Shown here: positions 21,402-33,740 of the stretch, piece by piece
Layout of the letters: each line of letters opens with the position of its first letter
Position numbering within the stretch: position 1 is the first letter of the stretch
From: Hemiscyllium ocellatum
Taxonomy: Eukaryota
Assembly: GCF_020745735.1 (NCBI RefSeq)
Contig: NC_083435.1
Location: 35,942,121-35,976,589 of the forward strand
Length of the DNA: 34,469 nucleotides
Reading direction: 5' to 3'
Made by a program: the position numbers and the translations under genes
The notes under the pieces: model-generated
Seen by the model: only the letters and a program-made list of their open reading frames with translations
The model's database searches: none
Told to the model about the DNA's origin: nothing

Positions 21402-21627
21402 GGGTAGCTCAGTGGTTAGCGCTGCTGCATTACAGCTCCAGGGACGGAGGTTCGATTCCACACTCGGGACTATTGACCAAAGATGTGCAGATTAGCAGTA
21501 TTAGCCATACTTTAAATTGCCCACAGTGTTCAGGCTCGGTGGGTTAGCTGTGGGGAGTGCTAGGTTACAGGGTCTGGGTGGGGTGCTCTTTGAAGGATCA
21601 GTGTGGACTAAATGGAATTCTATGAGT
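21402..21627 (+). mobile_element. HE1/V-SINE-type SINE, internally deleted
   Basis: tagctcagtggttagc A box, ggttcgattcc B box, ccaaagatgtgcag...aaattgccc core. Confidence 0.7.
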
Positions 21628-22804
21628 TTGAAAAGACAGCAAAACCTGACAGCCTCTAGGAATATTCAAGTTTCCAAAGAATCCAGTTAAAAGTTTATTT
21701 CTTACCTTTTTTGCTGTATTTGAATAAAGTGTCTGCATGCTTCACTTATGGTTGGCTGCTGGTGTGTAGTCCTTTCCCGATTACACTGAAAAATACCTGG
21801 GTAAGTAAATTTTGCTGATTTTTCCCAAGAACTTGAACAATTGGGGCATTGAATTAATTGCTTTTACCATCTTGAAATATTGTTAATAGTTTTTGATGGC
21901 TTGCTGTTTGAATTGTTTACTTTGGGAACTGAATATCCACCTTTTGAAACCAGAGTATGCACCTAATGTTCTGTTTTATTGAGGCATGTCTGCCCCATGT
22001 GGTGACTTATTTGAAAGGAAATATTGAGTTGCCCTTTACGCTTTGTAAAGCAGTCTTGAATCTCTCTACTTTTGAGTTGTCCGGGCTTGAATCTTTGCAA
22101 GGACCTGTTTGGGCAAAATTGTCTGTGTGTCTTGGCTTAGGTGTTGCCACCATACCTTGCTTTTTGACCAGTGTTTCTGCCCTGTTTATTTCAGTTGCTC
22201 TGATTGTATTTCTGGCTTTCTTTTTTAATGACTTTAGTTTTCTTGAACAATAGCAGGCTACTACATCTAAGATGGACAGATTTTTATTGAGCAAAAGTAT
22301 CAGGATTTTAGTATATAGATTTAGGCCTTAGGCCAGACATGTTTTATTGAGTGATGGAACAGCCTCGAGGGGCTGAATGGCCTCTCCCTGTCCTCAGTTT
22401 ATATGAGCTGCAGATTTAGAAATGTTGCATTTGATCCTTGCCTCCAAATCACTGATGTATGTTGTGAAGAGCTGGAAGCTAAGTACAGGTCTTTGTGTTA
22501 TCCCATGAAGCACAACCTGCCAACATGAGAATGACCTGTATCTCTGATTCTCTGTTTGCCAATCCTTCATCTGTGCCAGTCCTGTCCAATCTATTTAATC
22601 TTTCTAACTAGCCTGCGCAGAGGACTTCATCAAACATATTCTAAAAATTAAGTTGATTCACATCATTGGCTCTCTTAAAATTCTGTTTTAAGGAAACTCC
22701 AACAATTTTATCCAATACAGTTTCTCTTTTACAAATCCACACTGACTCTGCCCAAACCGATCTTCAACACCTCGGTGTGTATTCCATCCTCCACAATAGA
22801 TTTA

Positions 22805-23630
22805 TATGATGTGGAGGTGCCGGTGTTGGACTGGGGTGAACAAAGTCAGAAATTAGACAACACCAGCTGATAGTTCAACAGGTTTATTTGAAACCACAAG
22901 CTTTCAAAGTGTAGCCCCTTTGTCAGGTGAAGTGAGTGAGAAAAACACAGAACACAGTTTATCGGTAGAGAGATCAAGGGCAGAGATATCGGATCATATA
23001 AATGGTGTGAGTCAGGTGTTGCACAGTCAGCCTCTGCAGGTGACTAAGAGAAGTACACAGTGTGAGTAAAGTGTCAACAGCTGAATAACAACTGAAAGGA
23101 TGATCTCTAATCAGTTTAAATGAGCCAGAGAGATAATTACAAAAAAATGAAAATAAAGTGGTGCTGGACACAGCCCACTTGACTGGAGCAACAGGGAACA
23201 CAAACGGAAGCTTCTGGAAAAGGACAGCAGGCCCGGCAGTATCTGTGAAGGAAAACCAGAGGAAGGATCACCGGACCCAAAACGTTAACTCTGAATCTTT
23301 TTCACAGATGCCGCTAGACCCACTAAGCAAACCCCCTCCTGGTTTACAGTATCCGGAGCTCTTTTTTGGTTTTTGTTTGACTGGAATAATATGATCGGTA
23401 TAAGAATCGCATGTTACAGGTCTAACAAAAGTAGTAAATCTAAAGCTATATGATGTAATTAAGATAGAGAGATCATAATTTATCAAGGTGATTGTGTCAA
23501 ACAGGACAGAAAGGAAGGTTTTACAGATACAGAACTGTGTGGTGGGCTCACATGTAAATGACATGAACCCAGGATCATGGTTGAGGTCATCTTCATGGGT
23601 ATTGAACTTGACTATCAGTTTTTTGTTCGG
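22805..23630 (-). mobile_element. Penelope-like element 3' region with nested short repeat (about 23210-23340)
   Basis: Terminal repeat gatgtggaggtgccggtgttggactgggg...; degenerate hammerhead-like motifs near 22900-22930 (minus) and 23255-23290 (plus). Confidence 0.5.
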
Positions 23631-23898
23631 TAGATTTGTAGCATTTTACCCTGTTACTGATGTAAGCCTAACATGTTTGTAATTCCTTATTTTCTCTCTG
23701 GCTCCCTTCTTAAGTCATAGTGGCATTCAGTAATTTCCAATCAGCAAGAACAGATAATAAAAATGCATCAATTATCCCTATAACCACCTCCTTCAGCATG
23801 TTGGGATAAAGACTATCAGGTCCGAGGGATTTATCCATTACCAGCTGCATTATACTGGAGATATTAACCATATAATCTCTAAAATTTCTGGAGATCTA

Positions 23899-24150
23899 GA
23901 ACATAGAACATAGAAGGATACAGCGCAGTACAGGCCCTTCGGCCCTCGATGTTGCGCCGACCGAATCCTACCTAACCTATACTAGCCCAATAACTTCCAA
24001 ATGCCTATCCAATGCCCGCTTAAATGACCATAAAGAAGGAGAGTTCACCACTGATACGGGCAGGGCATTCCATGAACTCTCAACCCGCTGTGTGAAGAAT
24101 CTACCCCTAACATCTGTCCTATACCTACCACCCCTTAATTTAAAGCTATC
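23899..24150 (-). mobile_element. CR1 3' end
   Basis: (AACATAG)2 tail; FKLRGGRYRTDVRGRFFTQRVESSWNALP...FKRALDRHL. Confidence 0.85.
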
Positions 24151-24779
24151 TCTGGTATCTTCTTTATTGAAAATAGCTTCTCTGCCAGTTCTATATTCAT
24201 CAATATCAATTTTGTGTAACATATCAACTTTATTTCAATCGTGTTTTCTGTTTACGTCTCTATGTAAGCTTTTACTGTCTATTTACATATTTAAGTTGTT
24301 AAATTATGTTAACGTTCTGTTAATTTATCAGATTCTCGGGCCTCTGTCATTGTATTCTATGAACCTTGCAAACATGAGAATTGTTGCTATTTCTGGCAAC
24401 TTTACAGATCATTCCTTTTAGTGCAAGGCAACTCTGAACTTCATTTGTTAACCTCTGTTGACTGGCTTTTTTTTTCAGTTTTTGCAGCATGAACAAATGG
24501 ACAGTTGCTGTAAGTCATGTGACCAAGCTTTTCAAACAAACCCACCCATTACTTTGTCCAGTCAGGCCTTATCCAGTACTTTTCCCATTCACCGGAACCA
24601 TCTGTTACTCTCGCCTCCTTCATTTCCTGAATTAGAATGAACTTCTTCACTTTCAAACATAATGTAACAGTGTCTGAGTGACAACTCACTCCGTTTGGTT
24701 CTTGAAGAATGAGATTATTAATTAGCATTTTTGCGTTACAAAATACTAGATCAAAAATGACACATGATCTAGTTGGTGA

Positions 24780-25430
24780 ACCAAGATATTGCTTGACAAT
24801 CCCATCCCAAATACATTCCGTTGAGGTGAGGATTAGTGCACCAAGTAACTTATCTTCTAACTTCCCAAAGCCTAGCCACTATCTGCAAGGCACAAGTCAG
24901 GAGTGTGATGGAATACTCTACACTTGTCAGGATGAGAAAAGCTCAAAGAACACACAAGGAGCTTGAAACCATCTCTCATAAAGCAACCAGCTTGATTGGT
25001 ACCTAATCCTCAAATATCCACCCTCTCCGCCACCCACTCAGTTGCATCAATGTATACTAGTGATAAGATTCACTGCAGAAATTTGCCAAAGATCCTGAGA
25101 CAACACCTTTTGAACCCATTACCACTTCCTTCCAAAAGGACAAGAGCAACAGATACATTCCAAGCCACAGATACTTAGGATCACCCCCACCGACAGTTTC
25201 CCCTCTAAGCCATTCACCATTCTGTGTTGGAACTATATCACCGTTACTTTATTGCTGCTGAATCAAAATCCTGTAATTCCCTCTTCAATGGCATAATGGC
25301 TCGAACTAGAGCAGATGGACTGCTGATGTTCAAGAAGGCAGCTCACAGCTATCTTTTCAAGGGTAGCTAAGGATGGGCAGTAAATTCTAGCCCAGCCAAT
25401 CTCACTCTCATCCATGAGTGAATTGAAATA
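24780..25430 (+). mobile_element. Old LINE (CR1/L2 group) 3' end
   Basis: caaggcacaagtcaggagtgtgatggaatactc block, antisense-matching 34255-34300; A-rich end. Confidence 0.5.
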
Positions 25431-26905
25431 AAATTTTGTCCTTCACTGCATTATGCATAATTAGTTTACCCAGTGCATATGCAGATTGAAGTCACCCAGC
25501 TGTATTGCCCATGTTAGAACATAATTTCATCTCCTGATTAATACCACACCCCACACCATTACTACTGTTGGTGGCAAATAAACAAATCCAGCTGATATTG
25601 CTACCCCTTCCTGTTTCTTAGCTCCACCCAGACAGCTTACACACATTTACTCTGCTGATCTGAAATCCTCCCTCATTACTGTATTGATCCCATCTATTAT
25701 TAGCAGCACAACACTACTTCCTTTTCCTTATATCCGTCTTTAAATACTGCATTCCCAGTCCTGGTTACCATGCAGCCATTGTTTCAGCAGCAACATTAGA
25801 TCATACCCATGATCTTTATTTGTGCCTTTAGATTGATTATATTGCTGTGAAAGCAGTGTGCTTTTAGGTCAAATGCCTTTAACTTTGGATTTTTGACATC
25901 ATTCTATTTTCAAACCTTAATCAGTGCTATACTTTGTTCTCCTCCCTGCTGTTCTCCCAAGAATCTTTTTGATATCCATTTACCAACTTCACTGCTTTCT
26001 AATTACCCCTCAAGTTTCCTTTCCCTGATAGGGGTGGGTTTAAACCACCTTATGAGCAGGAACAAATCTCTGAGAGAACATTGGGTCAGGTCCCATGAGG
26101 CTTTCACCCGTCCAGCTTGACCAGGTTCCATGTGCTCCAGAACCAGACTGAATTCCTCAGCAATCTGAAACAAAGACCGAAATATCAACCCTGGCTGATA
26201 TTTTTGCATCATTGTTAGCCCTGGGTGAGGTGCTGGAAGATTGGAGGGTAGGTATTCACTAGTGTTGACATAACCTCCAAAGCTGAAAACTTAGACTTTC
26301 GTTCACCATCAATATTCCATTCCATTTCTGTTGAAAGGTCATCAACACCATTAGTGAATGTTGTTTTTCTTGCTCCACAGATCCTGTTGACTTCAGCTGA
26401 ACATATCCAATATTTTCTATATTTGTTTCAGATTTCTCGTGTCGGGGTGGAATGACCAAATGATTCACTCTGCACCCAGGAGTTCACTGCCAGCACCAAA
26501 GAGTTTATTCCATTGAGGGAAAAGAAACAGCTGAAAATCCAAAGAAGTCTTCACTAACAAAGGGCAATATATATTTTTATACATTTGTTTCATCCGGCCT
26601 TTAACGCTTACAACCTAATCATTAATTATTTACATATATTTTCAATTAAGGTAATTGTCTGTGTAAACAGCTACAGATGGACATGCTTGTGGTCAGCCCC
26701 CAGTCCTCCATGGTCTCATGATGTTTCCCAGACTCTCCTCACTCCCTTCTCGGGGTTTTTCACAATGGGCACTGTATTCAAGTACATTCCCGCCCAGGTA
26801 TTTGTCAGCTGCACCATGTTAACTGTAAATTAATTGGATATTCACCTATCACTTAAGGACTTTTTAAGTTCCTCATTAACCTCATTACATGAAATGCAAA
26901 AACAA

Positions 26906-27202
26906 ATTAGATTAGACTCAGTGTGGAAACAGGCCCTTCGGCCCAACAAGTCCACACCGACCCGCCGAAGCGAAACCCACCCATACCCCTACATTTACCC
27001 CTTACCTAACACTACGGGCAATTTAGCATGGCCAATTCACCTGACCCGCACATCTTTGGACTGTGGGAGGAAACCGGAGCACCCGGAGGAAACCCACGCT
27101 GACACGGGGAGAACGTGCAAACTCCACACAGTCGGGAACTGAACCCGGGTCTCAGGCGCTGTGAGGCAGCAGTGCTAACCACTGTGCCACCGTGCCGCCC
27201 AC
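26906..27202 (-). mobile_element. Young HE1/V-SINE
   Basis: Reverse strand ggcggcacggtggcacagtggttagcactgctgcctcacagcgcc...ggtttcctccgggtgctccggtttcctcccacagtccaaagatgtgc... with CR1-like tail and (TAATC)n; CpGs retained. Confidence 0.9.
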
Positions 27203-27253
27203 TAATGTTTACTAGTTATTCCAATGTCAGTTCCAATGAAGTTATATGGTTTC

Positions 27254-27321
27254 CACCTAATGTTAGAATTCTTTACCTACTGAGTTACACCTAATGTTAG
27301 AATTCTTTAGCTGCTGAGTTG
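27254..27321 (+). repeat. 34-bp tandem duplication
   Basis: cacctaatgttagaattcttta.ct.ctgagtt twice. Confidence 0.9.
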
Positions 27322-28084
27322 TGAGCAGTGTCTTTCTCACCGTGATTATGAGACACCCTGATCTTTACCCTTGGGTGTCTTACAATATGTTCATTTAACC
27401 TGCATTCTAGTTTCTGTACCTGTTCTCCCTGTGATGATATAGAGGCTGCTTTTACTCTCTGACACTGGTTTTCCCTCATGATTTTATTTGGATCTTTCCC
27501 CTTCATGCTTTTAGTGTTAATTTGGTATATAGAAGAATATATAACCACTTCAGAATCCATACCGATAATTATTTGAAGGATCTTAACAAAAACCTACTAT
27601 TAGTATTGTAACAGATTGATTAAATAATTCAAGACAGACTCACTAATTAGATAAGAAATTTTAACACTATATTTATGTCTTATGGTTAAACAACTGCAGC
27701 TGCATATTCTATCTTAGTTGTGTTACCTTGGGTCCACAGAGCTACTAGGTTGTGCAGGTTACATTCAGCAAATATTTTTCCAAGGTCTCTAAGACAACTG
27801 TCAGCAATGTTCTGCTGTTTCACTCAGCTGCAGTCATTGGCCGTTTTGTGCTGCTCAGTCATGGCTACCCGAACAATCCCCCTTTTGATAAGAGCCACCA
27901 TCCAAAGGCTCTTAAACCCAATTTTGTGAACAATTTATCACTTGCCTCATTTGTGCTCACCACTCATATGATTTGAAGAATCCAGGTCACTTAAATCAAA
28001 TCAAATTGCCTGGACGTAGATGTCTTCCATGGTTTTTGTTGTTCCTTTACTACAGTGGAAGCATTTTTTTCAGCTAGACATGCC

Positions 28085-28870
28085 AAGTGAATGATCTTGG
28101 CACTGGATACCATCGAAGTTTTATGCCCAGACAATATTCCAGCAACAGTAGTGAAGACTAAGGCTCCAGAACGAGCCATGCACCTAGCCAAGCTGATCTA
28201 GTGCAGCTACAACATTAGTATCTACCAAGAATGTGGAAAATCATCCAGTTGGGTCCTGTACACAAAACTCCAAGCCAATCTCTTACCACCCTGTTAGTCT
28301 ACTCCCAATCATCAGCAAAACTATAAACATGTCATTGACAATGCCATCAAGTGGCACTGACTCCACAAGAACCTTCTCACTCAGTTTGGGTTGCACTTGG
28401 CCCATTCACCTCCTAATGTCATTCCAGCCTTGGGACAAAATGGACAAAAGAAAATTCAAGAGGGAAAGTAAGGATGGCTGACAATCATTTCAGTGTTTTA
28501 TGTGACCAAGTGTAACCTTAATGAGCCCAGTTAAACTAGCCAATAGGGATTGGGGAAACCTCCCCACTGGTTGGAGACATATCCAGCACAATAAATAACG
28601 ATTGTAATTGTTAAGAATCACTCACCATATCCAGAAGACATCACTGTATGAGTTCTTCAGGGTGGTGTACTTGGCCCAACCATCTCCAGCTGTTTTGTCA
28701 ATGATCTTCCCCCCACCCCATCATATGGACAGAGGTGAGGATGCACAATATTCAGCACAATTCATGACTTTTCAGATACTGAGCATCAAAATGCAGCAAG
28801 GCCTGGACACAATCTCAACATCTACTATTAAGTAGCAAGTATCATCCAGCTGACACACGTGTTAGACAAT
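28085..28870 (+). mobile_element. Old LINE RT fragment (CR1/L2 group)
   Basis: PDNIPATVVKT.APE..., SYHPVSLLPIISK motif; heavily frameshifted. Confidence 0.6.
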
Positions 28871-28911
28871 GACCATGCAGCTAGTCACCCCAGCTCCAAA
28901 CCTGCTGACTG

Positions 28912-29045
28912 CTGTCCCACCTCACTCTGGGCTGGTAGCCAGTGGGCCCAGGGCAGGGGCAACCAGTGGGCCCACAGCGGGGATGGCAGCAGCCCAGAGT
29001 GAAGTGGGGACAGTAGCCAGTGGGCCCAGGGCAGGGGCAGCCAGC
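28912..29045. repeat. GC-rich inverted plus direct repeat cassette
   Basis: 30-bp imperfect inverted repeat 28912-28941 / 28984-29013; gtagccagtgggcccagggcaggggca direct repeat at about 28935 and 29013. Confidence 0.8.
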
Positions 29046-29134
29046 ATCTCTGGAGTGGGGAGGCCAGTTGTCCGGAGCAACGATGGGTATTGGTTGGTAA
29101 CCAGTGGAAAGCCCTTGTGGAAAGTCTAATGTCT

Positions 29135-30105
29135 ATCTTATTAGCTTTGTTTTATATTTTCCTGATTAATATTATGTATATCTCTAATGCTATTAGCCTT
29201 CTTCACTACCTGCTGGACCTGCATGCTTACCTTCATTGACTGGTGTACAAGAACACACAGATCTCTCTGTACTGGCCCTTTACCTAAATTAATTCCATTG
29301 AGGTAGTAATCTGCCTTCCTGTTCTTGCCACCAAAGTGGATAACCGTACATTTATCCACATTAAACTGCATCTGCCATGCATCTGCCCACTCACCTAACT
29401 TGTCCAGGTCACCCTGTAATCTCCTAACATCCTCATCACATTTCACCCTGCCACCCAGCTTTGTATGATCAGCAAATTTCCTAATGTTATTGCTGATACC
29501 ATCTTCTATATCATTAACATATATTGTAAAAAGCTGCGGTCCCAGCACGGATCCCTGCGGTACCCCACTGGTCACTGCCTGCCATTCCGAAATGGAGCCG
29601 TTTATCACTACCCTTTGTTTCCTATCAGCCAACCAATTTTCAATCCAATCTAGTACTTTGCCCCCAATACCATGCGTCCTAAGTTTACTCACTAACCTCC
29701 TATGTGGGACTTAATCAAAAGCTTTCTGAAAGTCCAGGTACACTACATCTACTGGATCTCCCTCGTCCATCTTCAGAGTTACATCCTCAAAAAATTCAAG
29801 AAGATTAGTCGAGCACGATTTCCCCTTCATAAATCCATGCTGACTCTGACCTATCCTGTTACTACTATCCAGATGTGCCGTAATCTCATCCTTTATGATA
29901 GACTCCAGCATCTTTCCCACCACTGAGGTCAGACTAACTGGTCTATAATTTCCTGCTTTCTCTCTCCCACCTTTCTTAAAAAGTGGTATAACATTAGCCA
30001 CCCTCCAATCCTCAGGAACCGATGCCGAGTCTATCGAACTCTGGAAAATAATCACCAACGCATCCACGATTTCCCGAGCCACCTCCTTCAGTACCCTGGG
30101 ATGTA
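29135..30105 (-). mobile_element. CR1 LINE RT region, one frameshift near 29700
   Basis: NYRPVSLTSVVGKMLE...VVYLDFQKAFD / [19 protein letters not shown]...KFADHTKLGG. Confidence 0.92.
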
Positions 30106-30789
30106 GTCGTGAATGTATCTAAAGAAAATCAGGATCTACCTTCAGAAACAAATAGTAACTATCACACATTCCTAAAGTATCAGTTTCGGGAGGTTAAACA
30201 CTACATTAATATTTCTACTCAATTATTCCTATCGTTACATGTTATGACTTTATTCTTTCAAAATTGTTTTCTTCAAATAATCAAATAGTAGATGACAAGT
30301 GTGCTCAATTATTGGACAATATGTAGTTCCTGGCGATGTTGTCCTTTCGTAGAATTTTATAATCTACGATAAATAAATTGTTTAATATTCTATTTTAAAA
30401 TGATTATTGCACTGGTTTAGAATGTTAATTTCATGGTGAACAAAAGCTTGAATCCTGTTTGAAAGTGTTTGAACATAATTGGATTTCCCATAAAGTCTGA
30501 ACAAGTGGTCCTCCCTTCCATTAGTTACCTCAACTTTATCAAGCAATCGGGTTTGAAACTGGACAAAATTTAATCAGCAATTCATCACTTTACAAAAAAA
30601 AGGTTTAATCCATCTTCATGTAACCTTTAATAACAACTAAATTCTTGGTTAAATCTCCGCAAAGAGTAACTGGAGGATGGGTATCTCACTTTACCAAGTA
30701 ATGTTTCACAATACTCTTTGAGTATTATGTGTTTAATATGTTTTCAAACTCATGCTTTGTGCCAAACATCACTTCATTAGTGAACATCT

Positions 30790-31110
30790 CATTTCCCCAC
30801 TCCGCCTTGGTGACTGGGCCATGATAGCTCCCAGTTAAACAGTGCCTTGATTTTGAAAATTTTCATATGTTTTAAAATCCCTCCATGGTCTCACTTCTCC
30901 CTGTCTCCGTAACATCCTCAAGCCCACAACCCTTCAGGGTCTCTGTACTCCTCTAAATCTGGCTTCTTCAAATTGTCTCTGTCTCAATTCCTCCACCAAC
31001 AATGTGTGTCTCTCCAACTCACTGGACCCTGAAGTATGGAATGCCCTTCCAGAACATCTCGACCTCTTCCTATCTTGTTTTAAGATGCTCTAAAACCAAC
31101 CCTGACCAAG
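30790..31110 (+). mobile_element. L2-like LINE 3' end
   Basis: ctcccagttaaacag...ttttaaaatccctccatggtctc...tggaatgcccttcc pattern (HWLPV...RIxFK-like); eroded. Confidence 0.45.
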
Positions 31111-31146
31111 CTTGCAGTCACCTGACCAAGCATGCAGTCACCTGAC
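31101..31146 (+). repeat. 20-bp tandem repeat, 2.3 copies
   Basis: cctgaccaagc.tgcagtca. Confidence 0.9.
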
Positions 31147-31910
31147 TTTTTTTTAAAAAAGCTTCATTCACAGGCTGAGGGCATCAACATCTGGGCCAGC
31201 ATTTCCTGGCCATTCCTCATTGGAATAATTCAGAAACATTCATCAACAATGGTTTCATCAACATCACCGAGTAGCTGCTGAAGTAATTTGGTCTTAAATT
31301 GTGTTTGCTAATTATTCTTCTGAAGTGTGTACTTCATCAAAGATACTATATAAATGCAAGATATTGTTGTTGCTTAGATATATTTTAGAGGGTGTGATGT
31401 GTTACCATTGCTGAGACAAACAACAGCTGGATTGTAACTCAGACCCGCTGCCCCTAAGCTAATGTGAAAGGTGATGTTTCGATGTTAGGTGTACAATTTG
31501 CGTCACCCTATTAGTCTCCAATAATATGGAGGATGCGTACCGTGTATATTGTAAAATATAACCGACAATTATAAATGTAGTGAGGCAGCTCAGAGAGCCG
31601 CAGACTGCACTGAAAGGATGTGACCGACTTTGTACTTTGTGTCATGAAAATTAGATACAATGTGGAAATTTTTTTTACAATTTTTAGACAGTAAATATGC
31701 AAATAGGAAAACAATCCTTTCCTATTTATATGATTAAACTGACCTTAAAGGCTGATAATCGTGGTTAGTCATCAATAAATAATTGTTTGTTGTTGATTGA
31801 ATTCATTGCTCATAATTTCACGAGATTTTCACTCAGCAGCTTGTGGGTCCTTGTATCAGCAGTTGTTGAGGGTCAGTTCAATGTGACCTGGGAGAGTTAA
31901 GGCCATTCAT

Positions 31911-31923
31911 GGGTCACAGGTCA
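31911..31923 (+). promoter_or_regulatory. DR1 nuclear-receptor element GGGTCA-C-AGGTCA (second copy at 33433-33445)
   Basis: Sequence match only, 40 bp upstream of the leader-like ATG. Confidence 0.35.
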
Positions 31924-31962
31924 GTATCACTCACTGCTAACCCTGGGCTGGCTGGGAATCCC

Positions 31963-32015
31963 ATGGACCCTGGTGTTCTTCCTGGTACTGAGTCTAATTC
32001 AAGGCACAGTCACAG
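31963..32015 (+). pseudogene. Disabled signal-peptide exon, copy 1 (M~WTLVFFLVLSLIQGTVT-G)
   Basis: Hydrophobic signal-like frame; ATG out of frame by 2 nt; would-be donor reads gggaga instead of gtgaga. Confidence 0.5.
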
Positions 32016-33077
32016 GGGAGACACTCAGACCCTGGTGGAGGGAGGGGTGTGCAGAGAGAGAAACGAAGAGTGTGGTGTGGGGGCTTCATGGAGTGGATTA
32101 ATGACAGAGAGTGGTGTGGGACGTTTAGTTCCAGAGGATCCAGTATGGGAGTTGATGGTGAGAGTCTGGTACAGAGAATCCAGCATGGAGATTCAGCTGG
32201 TTCCCTGCAGTCATGGGAGAACCCATCTCCCCAGTGAACCTCATGGAACATTCCATGAGCTGGAGGCAGACCCACAATATCATTAGGGAGGGAGGGAATT
32301 CCAAGGTTTGGAGCCGGTGACAGTGAAGGAATGGATGGTCAGGATGGTGAGTGGCTTTGAGGGAACTTGCAGATGATGGTGTTCCTCAGTGAAGCTACAG
32401 AACAGGCCGAGGTGTGCAGTAAACAACAGGAGCAGCAGAGACAGAGCTCAGTGATTCCACAACCAACAGATCAGATCTGCTGTCCTACCACATCCAGTCA
32501 TGGTCATTCAACAACTTAATGTAGGAGGAGGAGGTTCCACTTGGGTTGCTGGATTCCTGCTCCAGGGACAATCCCGATGTACCGTCTCCTCCCCCCGTTG
32601 GAAGAACTGAGCCATATGTTTACTGTGAGAGGGGGATCACAGGGTCCTAGTGCTGTCCTGATGTTCCTGAGCTGGTGGGGGAAGGGAGGCCTCTTCTCAG
32701 CCCCAGCCTTCCTGGCTCAGAGCCTGAACCTCAGCCTGGCTGTGCTGGAGCTACCCCGTCACTGGGACCGGGTCATCACTTTGCACTTGTTCCATTTTTC
32801 TGCTTCTGCAGCTTCACATCAAACAATGGATCAAATTTCTCAACAAATAGGGTGCAGTCTCCAAAGATTGTTGTATTACTGGTTTTTCCAGTTTGTAAAC
32901 AGAAGCTGTTTCCCCTCAGTGTGTTTAATTCCCAGTCCCTGATTGGAATAGGGACAGTGTATTGCCAGAATGTTGCTGATCCTTTCCTTTCCCTCCCAGT
33001 GTTTTCCCTGAGTCTCTCCCGATGAGTACAGAATTCAGCTTTCCATTCTGTCTCTGGGAACTGAGAGATTAAAGGCG

Positions 33078-33425
33078 ATTCATGAATCATAGAATGCCTA
33101 CAGTGTGGAAGCAGGCCATTCGGCCTGTTGAGCCGACACACAACCCTCTCAAGGTTTTCCCACCCAGACACTCCCCACTATTCAATCACATAACCTGGCA
33201 TTTTCCATAGCTAATCCACATGCATACCCCTGGACACTGGGCAATTCAGCATGACCAATCTACCCAAGGTGCACCTGTTCGACTGTGGCAGGAAACTGGA
33301 GCACCCGAGGAACCCCATGCAGACTCAGGAAACTCCACACAGACAGTCACCCAAGGCTGGAATCAAACTCAGGTCCCTGGGGCTGTGAGACAGGAGTGCT
33401 AACCACTGAGGCATGGTGCCACCCT
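33078..33425 (-). mobile_element. HE1/V-SINE, older copy
   Basis: Reverse strand ggtggcaccatgcctcagtggttagcact... head, ggtgctccagtttcctgccacagtc core and CR1-like tail. Confidence 0.8.
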
Positions 33426-33484
33426 GGGTCATGGGTCACAGGTCAGTAACAGTCACTGCTAACCCTGGGCTGGCTGGGAATCCC

Positions 33485-33537
33485 ATGGACCCTGGTGTTC
33501 TTCCTGGTACTGAGTCTAATTCAGGGCACAGTCACAG
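33485..33537 (+). pseudogene. Disabled signal-peptide exon, copy 2
   Basis: One mismatch to copy 1; same apparent lesions. Confidence 0.5.
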
Positions 33538-33740
33538 GGGAGACACTCAGACCCTGGGGGAGGGGGGAGTGTGGAAGGGTGGAGTGCAGAGAGAGAAACA
33601 CCCAGGCTCACCCCCAGGGTCAAGGTTCTGGGTCAGGTGGCAAAGAGAATTGGGCTATTCTACCAGGAAAGGAAGCACCTGATGGAATTTATAAAACATT
33701 AAATAGTCTGGAAAAGGGAAATCTGAGATTGGTTGGGGAG

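Noticed and set aside
21402-21470. tRNA gene
   Set aside because: A and B boxes belong to an HE1 SINE head; no full cloverleaf or acceptor stem
29141-30082. Active LINE
   Set aside because: Frameshifted, FADD changed to FADH, truncated at both ends
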